Positions 63,397-64,000 of a DNA stretch of 64,000 nucleotides are shown here, piece after piece. The notes under the pieces are model-generated. The model was given only the letters and a program-made list of their open reading frames with translations, was not told where the DNA came from and did no database searches. The stretch is taken from the IMG/VR virus record IMGVR_UViG_2595698882_000001, positions 1 through 64,000 of that record; one strand, given 5' to 3'. A program made the translations under genes and the position numbers. Origin of the DNA: a virus. Taxonomy: Duplodnaviria > Caudoviricetes. Position 1 is the first letter of the stretch, and the number at the start of each line of letters is the position of its first letter.

Positions 63397-63888
63397 ATGG
63401 TGGTACATATGAAGACAATACAACCCGGAGATGTTATTTTTTATAGACCTACCGGATTTATAGGATGGGCAATTAGTAAGATCACAAAATCAGAGTATAG
63501 TCATGTAGCGCTAGTCGTATCGCCGGATCATATCATTGAGGCTAATAGGTTTATAAAATCGAGGATTGCTGACTTACACTACACGAAGGAAATACATAGT
63601 GTCTATCGGTTAAATAACCTACCTGCGGACACCCGACTCAGGATTATAAACAATGCACTAACTATGCTTGATGTTAGCTATGACTATTCTCAGATATTCG
63701 GATTGCTCCTCCGTTTAGTATTCGATATAAAAACAAATGTATTCAACAAAGTTAACAAATACATCTGCTCTGAAATCATTGACAATGCTTTTGTAGCGGC
63801 AGGTGTACCGAGAAAAGATAAAGAGAATATAGGAGACATTACACCTCAAGAGCTTCTTGACAAGTATGATCTCCGCAAAGTGATCTAA
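63397..63888 (+). CDS. permuted papain-like amidase (YiiX/YebB, NlpC/P60 C92)
   Basis: QPGDVIF...YSHVAL...YD...YICSE. Confidence 0.85.
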   Translation: MVVHMKTIQPGDVIFYRPTGFIGWAISKITKSEYSHVALVVSPDHIIEANRFIKSRIADLHYTKEIHSVYRLNNLPADTRLRIINNALTMLDVSYDYSQIFGLLLRLVFDIKTNVFNKVNKYICSEIIDNAFVAAGVPRKDKENIGDITPQELLDKYDLRKVI

Positions 63889-63940
63889 GACAGGTGGATA
63901 ACCTGTCTTTTCTTATATTATTAAAGAGAGGTGAGATAAC

Positions 63941-64000
63941 ATGCCAATTTCAGACGGTAAGTCTAACTTAAGAAAAATCGCTTTCCAAATTGGTGATACA
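63941..64000 (+). CDS. baseplate protein, 5' fragment (runs off the window)
   Basis: GAGAGGTGA RBS; MPISDGKSNLRKIAF; late TATATTA motif upstream. Confidence 0.6.
   Translation, partial: MPISDGKSNLRKIAFQIGDT

Overview
This window is the left ~64 kb of a lytic Bacillus myovirus genome (Herelleviridae, Bastillevirinae-like; pghP and the gene order resemble phiNIT1/Grass-type phages of the B. subtilis group). Layout: (1) 1-4.1 kb, a probable terminal-repeat/host-takeover array of tiny genes, most with their own sigmaA promoter; (2) 4.4-30 kb, mostly leftward genes: paralogous hypotheticals, pghP, a beta-helix depolymerase, a YjbA/MdfA-like protein, DHFR, dNMP kinase, ThyA, a nucleotidyltransferase, an exoribonuclease, PhoH, endolysin, a terminase split by a group I intron, and an XRE regulator; (3) 30.4-33.4 kb, an AT-rich repeat region followed by an RNA cluster with 5 tRNAs, 3 tRNA-like RNAs and several hairpin RNAs; (4) 33.5-64 kb, the head-neck-tail-baseplate-fibre module. 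Best leads: a family of long hairpins exposing anti-Shine-Dalgarno loops among the tRNAs; a phage homologue of the ClpC adaptor MdfA (YjbA); a TTGAC-N5-GTCAA palindrome over the -35 of ten early promoters and of the XRE gene's own promoter; a WalR box upstream of a YocH-like 3D gene; and three 56-bp-spaced iteron-like units. All calls were made by eye and from recalled family motifs, with no database searches, and coordinates were counted manually.
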